From the NCBI GenBank assembly GCA_965261545.1, contig CBDHDF010000007.1:192001-256000 (forward strand): a stretch of 64,000 nucleotides of DNA. Reading direction: 5' to 3'. Below the pieces are notes generated by a model, which saw only the letters and a list, made by a program, of their open reading frames with translations, did not search any database and was not told where the DNA came from. How positions within the stretch are numbered: the first letter of the stretch is position 1; each line of letters begins with the position of its first letter. The stretch comes from Bdellovibrionales bacterium (GTDB lineage: Bacteria > Bdellovibrionota > Bdellovibrionia > Bdellovibrionales > UBA1609). A program made the position numbers and the translations under genes. Shown one piece after another: positions 54,328 to 64,000 of this stretch.

Positions 54328-55788
54328 TTACTCCTTCTTTGATATAAGTTTCCTCATTGATAATGCAGATTCTTTTTTCGAAGTCAAAATAAGGCATAGG
54401 ACACCTAAAGTGCCAGAGAGGAGGGAACCAATGAGAATACCAAGTTTGGAGAGGGTGCCATCTTGCATATTTTCAAGGGCGAGGTTGCTGATAAAAAGAG
54501 CCATGGTGAAACCGATTCCACCGAGAAAGCCTGCGGCGAGAATATGACCCCAGTGAACTCCTTTGGGGAGAACGGCTAATTTCATTTTGCAAGCCAGCCA
54601 AGAAAAAAATGTGATGCCCACGGGTTTTCCAATGAGAAGACCGAAGGTCACACCCAGTGAAACGGGGTGCATGATAAAATCTCCGAAGTGAATATTGCCA
54701 ATGGCCACACCGGCGTTGACCAAGGCAAAAATAGGCATAATGACAAAGCTCACCCAAGGGTGAAGGAGGTGAATGGCCTTGTCCAAGGGAGAGTCTATAC
54801 CCGCCACAAGATGGTGAAGCTGGTGAACCTGCTGATGGGCGGCTTGAGAAAGGGCCACTTGGTTTTCGGCCGCCACAGCTTCCACCTCCTTGTCAATGGC
54901 ATCGACCAGCTCTTTCATTTTCTTAGGGGCCAATTTTTTCTTGTAAAGAGATCGAGTGGGAACAAAAAGTCCTAAAACGACACCCGCCACCGTGGCGTGA
55001 ACACCACTTTTCAAAACGAAAAACCAAGCCAGGATTCCCAGAAAAATATAAATCATGGAACGGCGAACTCCCGAAACATAAAAAAGGAAAATTAAAGCCA
55101 AACTTCCTGTGGCCATGACGAGGGCCTGGGAGTGAATTTGCTCTGTATAAAAAAAGGCAATGACCAAAACAGCGCCAAGGTCATCCACAATGGCGAGAGC
55201 TAAAAGAAAAACTCTGAGGGCCATGGGGGCTTGTTTGGCCATAAGGGCTAGGAGCCCGAGGGCAAAGGCGATATCTGTGGCCATTGGAATTCCCCAGCCG
55301 CTGATGGCTCCCCCATTTATGTTGAGAAAGGTGTAGATCAAAGCTGGAACGATCATTCCACCAAGGGCTGCAAAAAGGGGAAGGGCGGCTCGCTTCGGTG
55401 AGGAGAGGTCCCCGACCACAAGCTCTCTTTTGATTTCCATGCCGACAACAAAAAAGAAAATAGCCATAAGGCCATCATTCACCCAATGGTGAAGGGATTT
55501 CATGAGCTCCCAGTGACCCAATTTAATTCCAACTTCCGTATGAATGAGGTGTTCGTAGGATTCATGCCAAGAGGAGTTCGCCCAAAAGAGAGTGACGATA
55601 GTCACAATGAGGAGAACAATACCACTGGACGCCTCTAAGTGCATAAAGCGCTCAATGGGAGTCAAAAGGCTTCGCATGAGACTGGTGGTGAGGGGATTTT
55701 GTGGAGAAGTGTTTTTTATGGACATGATAATTCTATTAAAGCGAAAAACTTCGAAAAAGTCAAAAGCGTCAGACTTGTCAATCATCAA
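54328..55788 (-). CDS. nhaA: Na+/H+ antiporter NhaA
   Basis: WVNDGLMAIFF, GWGIPMATDIAF, LAIVDDLGA, GIGFTMALFI. True start may be 55725. Confidence 0.95.
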   Translation of the reverse strand: MMIDKSDAFDFFEVFRFNRIIMSIKNTSPQNPLTTSLMRSLLTPIERFMHLEASSGIVLLIVTIVTLFWANSSWHESYEHLIHTEVGIKLGHWELMKSLHHWVNDGLMAIFFFVVGMEIKRELVVGDLSSPKRAALPLFAALGGMIVPALIYTFLNINGGAISGWGIPMATDIAFALGLLALMAKQAPMALRVFLLALAIVDDLGAVLVIAFFYTEQIHSQALVMATGSLALIFLFYVSGVRRSMIYIFLGILAWFFVLKSGVHATVAGVVLGLFVPTRSLYKKKLAPKKMKELVDAIDKEVEAVAAENQVALSQAAHQQVHQLHHLVAGIDSPLDKAIHLLHPWVSFVIMPIFALVNAGVAIGNIHFGDFIMHPVSLGVTFGLLIGKPVGITFFSWLACKMKLAVLPKGVHWGHILAAGFLGGIGFTMALFISNLALENMQDGTLSKLGILIGSLLSGTLGVLCLILTSKKESALSMRKLISKKE

Positions 55789-55800
55789 GAAAACTCTTCG

Positions 55801-56907
55801 TTAAGAGAATTCTTTGTTGATTTCAGTGAGACAGGAGTCGGGGGTGGCAAGGTCCTTTTCAGAAAGGTGAACCAAGGGTTTTGAAGGAAGGTTGAGGGAC
55901 GAGAGATAATCTTTTTTTTCGGGATTCCAGTAAATGAGTCCCGTGAGGATTTTTAACTGATCCTGTGCTTTGCGTAGAGACTCCATGGCCCCCATGGGGT
56001 CTTTGTAATTATGGGAGGAGCAGCCATCCAGTTTCTTAAGCCACATCTGGCTTCCATCGTGAAGCGTGACGACTTCTGTTTCCCCTTCTTTATAATTCAC
56101 AGTCACTTCCTCTTGAGGTTGAATAAAACCCAATTCTTGAAGATGCATATTGTGCTCCTTCACGTAACTATAGCTTTTTGTGGAGCCCTCGTGGTTGGCA
56201 AATGCAATACAGGGGGAAATGACATCAATAAAGGCTGTGCCCCTATGGCGCAAAGCTGCTGAAATCAATGGAACCAGCTGCTTGCTGTCCCCTGAAAAGG
56301 ATCTGGCCACAAAACTGCATCCCAAGCCAATGGCCATGGAGCACAAGTCCAGTGAAGATAAGAGGGAAAAAGCACCTGATTTCAATGTGGAGCTTTCATC
56401 GGCTGTGGCCGAGAACTGCCCCTTGGTCAAACCATAAACACCATTATTTTCGGTGATATAAACCATGGGTAGATTGCGGCGAATGAGGTGGACAAAGCCA
56501 CCCAGGCCAATGTTGGAGGTGTCTCCATCCCCTGAGATTCCAATGATGGTGAGGTCTTGGTGAACCACCTTGGCCCCTGTACTTACAGGAGCCATTCGGC
56601 CATGGAGAGTGTTGAAGCCATGGGATTGCTTGAGGAAGTAGGCTGGCGTTTTCGAGGAGCAGCCAATTCCTGAAAGCTTTGCGACCTTCAAGGGGTTGAT
56701 ATGGGACTGATAAAGGGCTGAAATGAGGTGAGATGTGACACTGTCGTGACCACAACCTGTGCACAAAGTCGAGGCGAGCCCCTTGTAGTCTGATTTTTGG
56801 AGTCCCCATTGATTGGTGGAGCTGTTGGTAGAGTTATTGTTGGTAGGGCCATTGTTAGTGGAGCTACTATGGGTGGAATTTGTGGGCCTGTATGTCATTT
56901 TGACCAC
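55801..56907 (-). CDS. 2-oxoacid:ferredoxin oxidoreductase beta subunit
   Basis: LCTGCGH, SGIGCSSK, LHGR, GDGD...NNGVYGLTKGQ (TPP motif). Confidence 0.93.
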   Translation of the reverse strand: MVKMTYRPTNSTHSSSTNNGPTNNNSTNSSTNQWGLQKSDYKGLASTLCTGCGHDSVTSHLISALYQSHINPLKVAKLSGIGCSSKTPAYFLKQSHGFNTLHGRMAPVSTGAKVVHQDLTIIGISGDGDTSNIGLGGFVHLIRRNLPMVYITENNGVYGLTKGQFSATADESSTLKSGAFSLLSSLDLCSMAIGLGCSFVARSFSGDSKQLVPLISAALRHRGTAFIDVISPCIAFANHEGSTKSYSYVKEHNMHLQELGFIQPQEEVTVNYKEGETEVVTLHDGSQMWLKKLDGCSSHNYKDPMGAMESLRKAQDQLKILTGLIYWNPEKKDYLSSLNLPSKPLVHLSEKDLATPDSCLTEINKEFS

Positions 56908-58763
56908 CCTCCTTGATCGTAAAGAGTTTGGGCTGTGAGAGGTTGGCCATCGTACTGGCGAAGAGAGTGGAATTTATGGTGGTGATGGGGAAATTCTTGA
57001 GTGAGAATACGAAATAACTGTCCATCCACATTTTGTTCCACCACGTAAACTTTATCATGTTGCTCCAAAAAAGATTCGCAATCTTTTGTGAGAGGCAGGG
57101 CTCGAAGGCGCATAAAATTCATTCTTTGATGCTCACGAACTTCTTCAATGGCCAACCAAGTGGAACCAAAAGAAATGATTCCCTGGCGGATTTTTTTTTG
57201 GAATTTTATCACAGGTGGGGGGAGAGAGGTCTTTGCTCCTCGAATCTTTTTTTGAAGGCGCTCCAGGAGTCTGGCATAGTTTCTTGGGTTTTCCGAGTAT
57301 TCAGCCTTTTCATTGTGGCCACTTCCCCTTGTAAAGTAGGCGGCTCGGTGGTCGAGAGTTCCGGGAAGCGTACGGTAGGGAATGCCGTCATCGTCTACGT
57401 CTCGATAGCGTTCAAAGTTGGTCCATGAATGGACCTCTGAATTGGCCCGTGAATGAACTTCTGAATGGGTCCGTGAATGGACCTCTGAATGGATCCGCAC
57501 ATTTAAATCCTTCTCTCTGAGAACTTTACCTCTTTGTATTTTTTGTGGAAAGGCCCTCAGGGGATCACTTACCCATGGGTTCATTCCCAAATCCAAATCA
57601 GATAATACAATGACCAAAGTTTGAAACTGCTCTGCCAGGTCAAAGGCCCATTGTCCAAAATCGTAGCAGTCCTGGAGTGTCCCCGGCAAAAGGACAATAT
57701 GCTGACCGTCGCCATGGGACATATTGTAGGCCATACTTAAATCACCCTGCATGGTACGGGTGGGAAGCCCCGTGGAGGGGCCGGCTCTTTGAATTCCCCA
57801 AATCACAGCCGGGATTTCAGCAAAATAGCTGAGGCCAGCGGCCTCACTCATGAGAGAGAGGCCCGGGCCCGAAGTGGCGGTTGTGGCCCTGGCCCCACTC
57901 CAGCCGGCTCCCAAAACCATAGAGATAGCACTCAATTCATCTTCGGCTTGAATGACGGCAAATGTGTTCTTGCCATCCTTATCTTTTCTATATTTGTGAG
58001 CGTAAAGCTCAAAGCTCTCAACCAGGGAAGTGGATGGAGTGATGGGATACCAGGAGAGAAACTGACAACCTCCCTGGATCAAGCCAAGAGCCCCTGCTGT
58101 GTTTCCACTCATAAGAATTTTGTTTTTGTTTTTTTCACATGGAGGAGGAAGGCGTTTGGAAGTTTTAATTTTCTTATCCTTATCACACACAAATTTTCGA
58201 CCCACCGCCAAGTACTTTTTGTTGACATGAATAAAGTTGGGTTTGGATTTGAACTGGTGATCGACAGCCTCGTCGAGAATATCTTCATCTATATTTATCA
58301 ATTCGGCAAGAACTCCCACATAAACCATATTCATAAGAAACTTTCGAAGTTTTATGGGGGCTTCTCGAACCATTTTTTTCAAGGGGATTTCTATGGATGC
58401 TTCAAGGTTTTTGGGTATTTTGTGGCTTCGGAGTGTTTCTAGGCTTCTAAGTCCTACGACATTGGGAGGCACCTTAAGGTGAGAGCTATAAATAAAAATA
58501 CCATCTTGGGACAATTTTTGAAAATCTTCTTCCCAAGTTTTTTCGTTGATGGCCACCACCACATCATAGATTTCTTTGAAGGAGGCGCAGCCCTCATTTT
58601 TGGCTCGAATGGAAAACCAAGTGGGCAAGCCTGCAATATTTGAAGGGAACAAATTCTTAGCGCTCATGGATAAGCCCGATTTAAAAAGGCTTCGTACAAG
58701 AATTTGATTGGCTGATTGGCTCCCGCTGCCATTGACAGTGGAAACAAGGATGTTTAAGTCCAA
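56895..58763 (-). CDS. 2-oxoacid:acceptor oxidoreductase alpha subunit
   Basis: NGSGSQS, WYPITPSTS, QAEDELSA, ATSGPGLSLM, QRAGPSTGLPT. Confidence 0.93.
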   Translation of the reverse strand: MDLNILVSTVNGSGSQSANQILVRSLFKSGLSMSAKNLFPSNIAGLPTWFSIRAKNEGCASFKEIYDVVVAINEKTWEEDFQKLSQDGIFIYSSHLKVPPNVVGLRSLETLRSHKIPKNLEASIEIPLKKMVREAPIKLRKFLMNMVYVGVLAELINIDEDILDEAVDHQFKSKPNFIHVNKKYLAVGRKFVCDKDKKIKTSKRLPPPCEKNKNKILMSGNTAGALGLIQGGCQFLSWYPITPSTSLVESFELYAHKYRKDKDGKNTFAVIQAEDELSAISMVLGAGWSGARATTATSGPGLSLMSEAAGLSYFAEIPAVIWGIQRAGPSTGLPTRTMQGDLSMAYNMSHGDGQHIVLLPGTLQDCYDFGQWAFDLAEQFQTLVIVLSDLDLGMNPWVSDPLRAFPQKIQRGKVLREKDLNVRIHSEVHSRTHSEVHSRANSEVHSWTNFERYRDVDDDGIPYRTLPGTLDHRAAYFTRGSGHNEKAEYSENPRNYARLLERLQKKIRGAKTSLPPPVIKFQKKIRQGIISFGSTWLAIEEVREHQRMNFMRLRALPLTKDCESFLEQHDKVYVVEQNVDGQLFRILTQEFPHHHHKFHSLRQYDGQPLTAQTLYDQGGWSK

Positions 58764-58779
58764 GAGTCACTTTTCCTCT

Positions 58780-59517
58780 CTATTGATCTAAATGGATGTT
58801 GCTTTTGTAAGCATGGGGGTTGATGCTTGTTACCCACCCTTTATAATTTTCATTGATGTTTTTAATATTGTCGGGTTGTTGCACGGGGCCTATGTGGATG
58901 GTGATTCTTCCAGGCTGAGGCCACTTTCCCTTGGGCATCACCTTGTCTGTTCCCTCCAAGTATAAAAAGAGAATGGGCGTTTGAGTTGACTCTGAAAAAA
59001 GGCTAATTCCCTTTTTAAAATCGTGAATATAGCCATCTTTAGAGCGAGTTCCCTCGGGGTAAATAAGCATCCAAATGTAGTCCAAGCTTGATAAGAGAGA
59101 GGTGCATAGCTTGATGCTCTCACTTTTTTTTTCTTTGCGATCTATGGGAATGGCTCCGAGACAGTGGGTGGAGAAAAAGGTAAAAAGGGGGTTTGAGAAC
59201 CAATAGTCCTTGGCCGCACATATGTAGAGGTGAAGCCAGTATTTAAAAGGTATGGCGGCTGTGATGCAGGCGGTGTCCAAGTGGCTGGAGTGGTTGGATA
59301 TCACCAAGAGTCGGGGGAACTTCTTGTGTACCTCGTGGAAGTTACCAATCACATCCATTTTAATATAAAATCTAAAAGCCATTTGCTTTAGAAAAAACCA
59401 CCACATACAACGTAGAACCCAGCTTGTAAGGTCAAAGTGACGGGTGAATAAAGGCAAGTGTTTGAGGTGGCTGGGGAGCCTTGTCCACTGTTCGTTTTCG
59501 TAATTCCACATCTTCAT
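58780..59517 (-). CDS. Lysophospholipid acyltransferase (PlsC family)
   Basis: NHSSHLD, AAKDY, IYPEGTRS. Confidence 0.9.
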   Translation of the reverse strand: MKMWNYENEQWTRLPSHLKHLPLFTRHFDLTSWVLRCMWWFFLKQMAFRFYIKMDVIGNFHEVHKKFPRLLVISNHSSHLDTACITAAIPFKYWLHLYICAAKDYWFSNPLFTFFSTHCLGAIPIDRKEKKSESIKLCTSLLSSLDYIWMLIYPEGTRSKDGYIHDFKKGISLFSESTQTPILFLYLEGTDKVMPKGKWPQPGRITIHIGPVQQPDNIKNINENYKGWVTSINPHAYKSNIHLDQ

Positions 59518-59577
59518 ATTGATGATCTCGCTGATTAAAAAATAATATAAACGCTCATCTAGTCATCTAGTTTTATC

Positions 59578-60549
59578 TTACAATATAAATTGGCCCTTTA
59601 GTAAAAGCAGGACATAGTAAAAAGCAGGACCTATAAAAATAAGCTTATCCAAAATAGAAAGTATGTCGTCCCTTCCAATAATAAAGGGGCCACGGTAGTC
59701 TTTGAGACCCAAATCTTTACGAAGAGTGGCAATAGACAAGACACCAAGGCGACCAAGGATACTTACGATAAGTGCTGCTGTGATCCAGTAGATAGCATCT
59801 TCAGAGGGCAAGAGGTGCCGGAGAGCCCAAGCAAGACCCATTGTCAAAGCAAAGGCTGCGAAAAAACCCTCTAAGGTCAGGCGAGGGGCGACCTTCAAAA
59901 GGGGCTTCTTTTTCTTAATATGATGAACCCAGGAATTGAACAATCTTAGGGTATTTTCGTTGAGTTCAGAAAGAATGTAGAGATACATAATGATGTAAAT
60001 CCCATGGGACATTTTAAAAATAAGACCAAAATGCATGATAGACCACCCAAAAAACATAAAGGCCAACAACGCGAGAGCAAGGTACTGGAGAGTGTGTGCA
60101 AAGGAGTTTTTTATGATGGGTATTGTCGTAAGAAAGAGCAAATAAATCATTGGTAGTAGGGGAATGAGTTGATGAAGTTGTTGGTGTATGCAGTAGGCCA
60201 TCAAAGCAATAAATAAATAGCATGTCATCACAAAGTAAGTACGGTGATATATTCCCACCATGCGAAAAAAAGTTTTTGCAGAATACATGGCAATAAGAGT
60301 GAGGATGATGATGGGGTAGGGAGGTGGTAAACCCGCCGCAAACAGAGTGATGGGCGTGACAAAAAGCCAACTCTTCAGGCTCACCCATGCGTAAAGCAGT
60401 TTTGGTCCTTTTTTGCGAAAAAAGAACAGGCAGGCACTGATAGAAAATAAGAAGAAAAAAATGAGAAATGATGTTTCTAGGAAGAGAGTTTGAAACCAAT
60501 ACAAACCCGAAAAGTTATTCATAGCGATGACCACCGTGATGATTTTCAC
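59578..60549 (-). CDS. Phosphatidate cytidylyltransferase family (CdsA-like, divergent)
   Basis: Polytopic membrane protein; KVAPRLTLEG and LRKDLGLKD..IIGRDDILSILD are degenerate CdsA motifs; adjacent to the PlsC-family gene. Confidence 0.7.
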   Translation of the reverse strand: MKIITVVIAMNNFSGLYWFQTLFLETSFLIFFFLFSISACLFFFRKKGPKLLYAWVSLKSWLFVTPITLFAAGLPPPYPIIILTLIAMYSAKTFFRMVGIYHRTYFVMTCYLFIALMAYCIHQQLHQLIPLLPMIYLLFLTTIPIIKNSFAHTLQYLALALLAFMFFGWSIMHFGLIFKMSHGIYIIMYLYILSELNENTLRLFNSWVHHIKKKKPLLKVAPRLTLEGFFAAFALTMGLAWALRHLLPSEDAIYWITAALIVSILGRLGVLSIATLRKDLGLKDYRGPFIIGRDDILSILDKLIFIGPAFYYVLLLLKGQFIL

Positions 60550-61888
60550 TCAACGACTTCCACTCAATGGAGTGGTCTTTGATTTTTCTATAGAGAGTTG
60601 AACGAGACACTTTTAATATTTCAGAAGCTTCATCGATATCATTGGTTTTATAAAGGCATTCTTCAATGACTTCCCCTTCAAAACGATCCACTATAGTTTG
60701 AAGTCCGCAGTGAAAGTCCGCCTTAGTTTTAAGATGCATGGGAGGGGAGGAGTGAGGAAGAACCCTTGCAACATCTTCCATGCGAATCATGGGCAGGGGT
60801 GACTCTGCCAGAAGTTGCTCACATATTCTTTTGAGTTCACGTACATTGCCCGGCCATGAATAAGAGCAAAGTTTTTTCATGGCTTCTGGGCTGAAATATT
60901 TTTTTCGCACCTTGTCGAGGCTGAGGAAGTGCTGGGTGAGTTCTGGAATATCTTCGGAGCGTTCTCTGAGAGGGGGTAGATGAATTTTTTTTCCGCAGAG
61001 TCTCCACAGAAGGTCTTCCCGAAATTTTCTCTCCCTTACGAGGGCTTCTAAGCTTTTATTGGTGGCCACAATGACTTGGGCTTTCACTTCAAGCCCCTCC
61101 TTGGCTCCCACTCGACGTACCTCTCCACTCTCCAAGAATCTAAGGAGCTTGACTTGCATGGGCAAGGAAAGGGCTTCGATTTCATCAAGAAAAAGAATTC
61201 CACCATGGGCTGCCTCAGCCAATCCCATTTTATTTCGATCCGCTCCCGTGAAGGCTCCCTTCACATGCCCAAAAAACTCCGACTCAAAAAGGCTTTCAGA
61301 AATGGCCGCCACATTGACTGAGATCATAGTTTTTCCAGGCTTGAGGCTGTGCATGAGCCCCGCGACAACTTCTTTTCCTGTTCCAGAATCCCCTTCGATG
61401 AGGATGGGGCCCACCTCTCCGCTAAAGAGGGCCACTTTTTGACGGATATTTTCAGAGGTGGGGCTGCTTCCCACCCAGCCAGTGAAAGTTCCCTTGCGGC
61501 ATGTGGCCTGGCGTAGAAGAATCAAGCTCTCCACTTGATCCAATGTGAGTTTGGCTTCACCAGCACTTAAAGGCTTTGCCAAAAATCTTGACGCACCTTT
61601 TCTGAGAGAGGACTCCATGACGTCTCGTGTTAGGTCCCCAGACATAGCCACAATCTCCATATGGGGTTCTCGTCTCCTCAATTCTTGAATCACCTCCAGC
61701 CCTTCTTTTTTTGAAAGGTTTCCAGAAAGATGTATATCCACAAAAGCGGCATGAAAGGTCATGGAAGAAAGGTTTTTTCCACTCAGTGCCCCATGCATTT
61801 GCCATTGACTGGGAAGAACTAGCTTTAGAGAGTCTAAGATAAGGGGGTCATCTTCAACGACCAGAAGTTTGAACTGACAAGCTTCCAT
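60515..61888 (-). CDS. Sigma54-dependent response regulator (NtrC family)
   Basis: Receiver LVVEDD/FVDI, GDSGTGKE, GAFTGA, LFLDEI, WPGNVREL, Fis HTH. Confidence 0.95.
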   Translation of the reverse strand: MEACQFKLLVVEDDPLILDSLKLVLPSQWQMHGALSGKNLSSMTFHAAFVDIHLSGNLSKKEGLEVIQELRRREPHMEIVAMSGDLTRDVMESSLRKGASRFLAKPLSAGEAKLTLDQVESLILLRQATCRKGTFTGWVGSSPTSENIRQKVALFSGEVGPILIEGDSGTGKEVVAGLMHSLKPGKTMISVNVAAISESLFESEFFGHVKGAFTGADRNKMGLAEAAHGGILFLDEIEALSLPMQVKLLRFLESGEVRRVGAKEGLEVKAQVIVATNKSLEALVRERKFREDLLWRLCGKKIHLPPLRERSEDIPELTQHFLSLDKVRKKYFSPEAMKKLCSYSWPGNVRELKRICEQLLAESPLPMIRMEDVARVLPHSSPPMHLKTKADFHCGLQTIVDRFEGEVIEECLYKTNDIDEASEILKVSRSTLYRKIKDHSIEWKSLSENHHGGHRYE

Positions 61889-62154
61889 AGGCGAGTCCTA
61901 TAGCCTTTCTTCCCCAAAAGCAAGAACTACAATCAAAGAACAGAAATTCCCGCCGAGCTTGAAAAAACATTGAAATTCCTCCAAATCTCAGTGTGAGAAT
62001 TGCACTGCATCGAATAAGGTAAACCTCCCCGTCTTCGCCATTTAGAGGCGAATGTCCAGACTTTAGTTTAGGGCAAATACGTTAAACTCTTTGGGGCACT
62101 TTGAGAAAAATGGCTGCTCATGATGTGTCGAAAACATCTGAGGCAGCAATGGGC

Positions 62155-62558
62155 TTAATCCCATAAGCCATTATGGCGAGGAGTTCGCCAATTTTTAAAG
62201 TATAGGGTATGGAAATACCCCCTCATATGATCCCATAGATAAGATAGTCTCCTCTCTTTTTCTACCGCCTTTTGAAACAATTTACAGGCTAAATGTTGAA
62301 GTTGGTCCACTAAAAATACCAGCATCATAATCACGGCTAAATTGTTACACAAATTTTGCTTGCCGTGGCCAAAATTGTGCTCAAAGTTGTAACCCAAATT
62401 CTTTAACGTATTAAATGTTTCATTTTCTATCTTCCAGCGTGCTCTTCCCCCCCCTCATTATTTGCATTATGTTGTCTTCGTTGATCTCAATGTCAGTCAC
62501 CCAGCTAAAGTGCTGAACCTTACCGTTTGCTTTCGTTTCTTTGTATTCAATAAAATTC
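62155..62558 (-). pseudogene. C-terminal fragment of a DDE transposase (ISNCY/ISAs1-like), frameshifted
   Basis: FSWVTD...GG/RARWKIENETFNTLK...YNFEHNFGHG, across a G-run frameshift. Confidence 0.8.
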
Positions 62559-63078
62559 GGGTGTGCTAACGATATACTGTAGTATTTATGCAGCCACGGG
62601 ATACCCATATTGATCAATTTTTTGCCAGAACTGACCCCATCGACAGTCCGTATGGCTTAAAGATCGTAAAGAAATGACAGAAGCTGCTCCTTTCTCTTTC
62701 CACCTCATCCCAGAATTGCAAAGCCTTTGTTTTATTAATGTCTTACATGCTGCCTCTGTAACACCTGAGCCAATTGGAAGATTATTCTCCTGATTTTGTG
62801 CATATCTCATTTTAGACTTATTATTCTCAAAATATGTAATGGCAGACACTAACTCCCCTTTCTTGGCTTGACTCAGTCGATGAGTGTCTTTAAACCCCTT
62901 GAGCTCATTGAGTAAGCGGGTCGCTGCCCCTATATTATGCTTAAGCTTATGACATGCGTTATCAAGCCACTCCTTACGTTCAGATTTTTTCTTGTCACCA
63001 GCAAACATAGCCCCCGCAGCCCTCCCCAAGTACTCTGATGCATGCCAAAAATCAATGGTCTGATTATCTGTTTTACTC
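62559..63078 (-). mobile_element. 3' part of an ISKra4/ISLre2-type element (transposase fragment 62586-63078), cut by IS66
   Basis: IDFWHASEYL...IGSGVTEAACK..IKQRL...GMRW; terminal GGGTGTG at 62559. Confidence 0.8.
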
Positions 63079-64000
63079 GTAACTATTCAGGGGGTGCTGC
63101 ATTAATTCGAACAATTTTTTTAAAAAAAGTATAAAAATTCTTGACAAGTTTTTGAAGCAAACGACCTCTTTCATTTGTTCTTTATCGAATATGTTCCTGC
63201 ATATGGCTTAAACTCTCTGAGAGCCATAGTATTGAAAGATTGTGAAACATAGGTCGCGGGGGGCACTTCTCATTCCTTTTGCTTCTTAGAACGAATCCTA
63301 GTGCATTTTTTTTAATGAAAAAAAGGCATGTTAATATTTTCATAAGGTAAGTATGAAAATAGAAAATATTGACGTGTCTTCAGCCATAAATAAAATCAGG
63401 AAGCTTCTTAAGAAAGAGAAGTCCCTTTCTCCCGCTTTTATTGTGGCCATTGAGTTGTTGATCAAAATCATCACTATTCTAGTAAATCAAAAAAAATTAA
63501 ATAGTCAAAACAGTAGTATTGCCCCTTCTCAAGATCCGAATGGCCCTAAAAAGAAACCTAAGGAAGAAACTGGTAAGAAGCCAGGAGGACAACCCGGACA
63601 CGAAGGAGCTACTTTAAAACCCGTGGATACTCCAGACAAGGTGGAGTTCATTTCTATTAATAAAGAGGAACTTCCTCCAGGTGATTACATTTCTTCTGGA
63701 GTTGAAAAGCGTCAAGTATTTGAGGTAGACCTTTCTGTGCATGTCACGGAGTATCAAGGAGAAATCCTCGAAGACCAAGATGGGAATCAGTGGGTTGCAG
63801 GTTTTCCAGAAGGAATCAATAACCCAACTCAATATGGCCCTTCTGTGAAAGCTCACTCAGTTTATATGTCCCAGTTTCAGTTAATCCCTCATCTTCGAGT
63901 CGCAAGTTACTTTAATCAATGGGGTCTATCGCTTGCTGGATCTACGGTACACAATTTTAACAAATCTGCCTTTGAGGCTCTGGAAGCTTTTGAGGAGTGG
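63079..64000 (+). mobile_element. Third IS66 copy with an unoccupied left end (transposase starts at 63353 and runs off the window)
   Basis: GTAACTATTCAGGG followed by near-identity to 21239 onward. Confidence 0.95.

Noticed and set aside
62033..62189. Putative MITE bounded by GGCGAA
   Set aside because: Only 6 bp of symmetry and no TSD; the left motif is explained by a small local hairpin.

Overview
Bacterial chromosomal window. Gene content (PilT, tandem SurA/PpiC, MiaB+RimO, a c-di-GMP-I riboswitch) looks Bdellovibrionota-like, and the FN3- and DUF285-repeat lipoproteins suggest a host-associated lifestyle; both are inferences. Housekeeping blocks at 1-15.3 kb, 25.5-27.8 kb and 42-62 kb flank a nested insertion-sequence region at 19.5-41 kb, and a second IS nest starts at 62.1 kb. 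Main result: five copies of a 1.7-kb IS110-family recombinase element, three of which sit exactly at the terminal GTAA of an IS66 inverted repeat; an empty IS66 end at 63079 confirms the target. The IS110 left end holds a ~187-nt structured RNA whose loops match both the IS66 terminus and the element's own circle junction, i.e. a candidate bridge RNA aimed at another transposon's ends. Related observations: an IS110-IS66-IS110 composite with IS66-like outer ends inside an 8-bp TSD; a 3x 2051-bp tandem array of IS110 plus 344 bp of flanking DNA that creates a 110-aa DUF285 ORF; an A-run frameshift in all five recombinase genes; and a c-di-GMP-I riboswitch in an apparently stand-alone RNA. All family calls come from motif recognition by eye and RNA folds were paired by hand; no searches were run.
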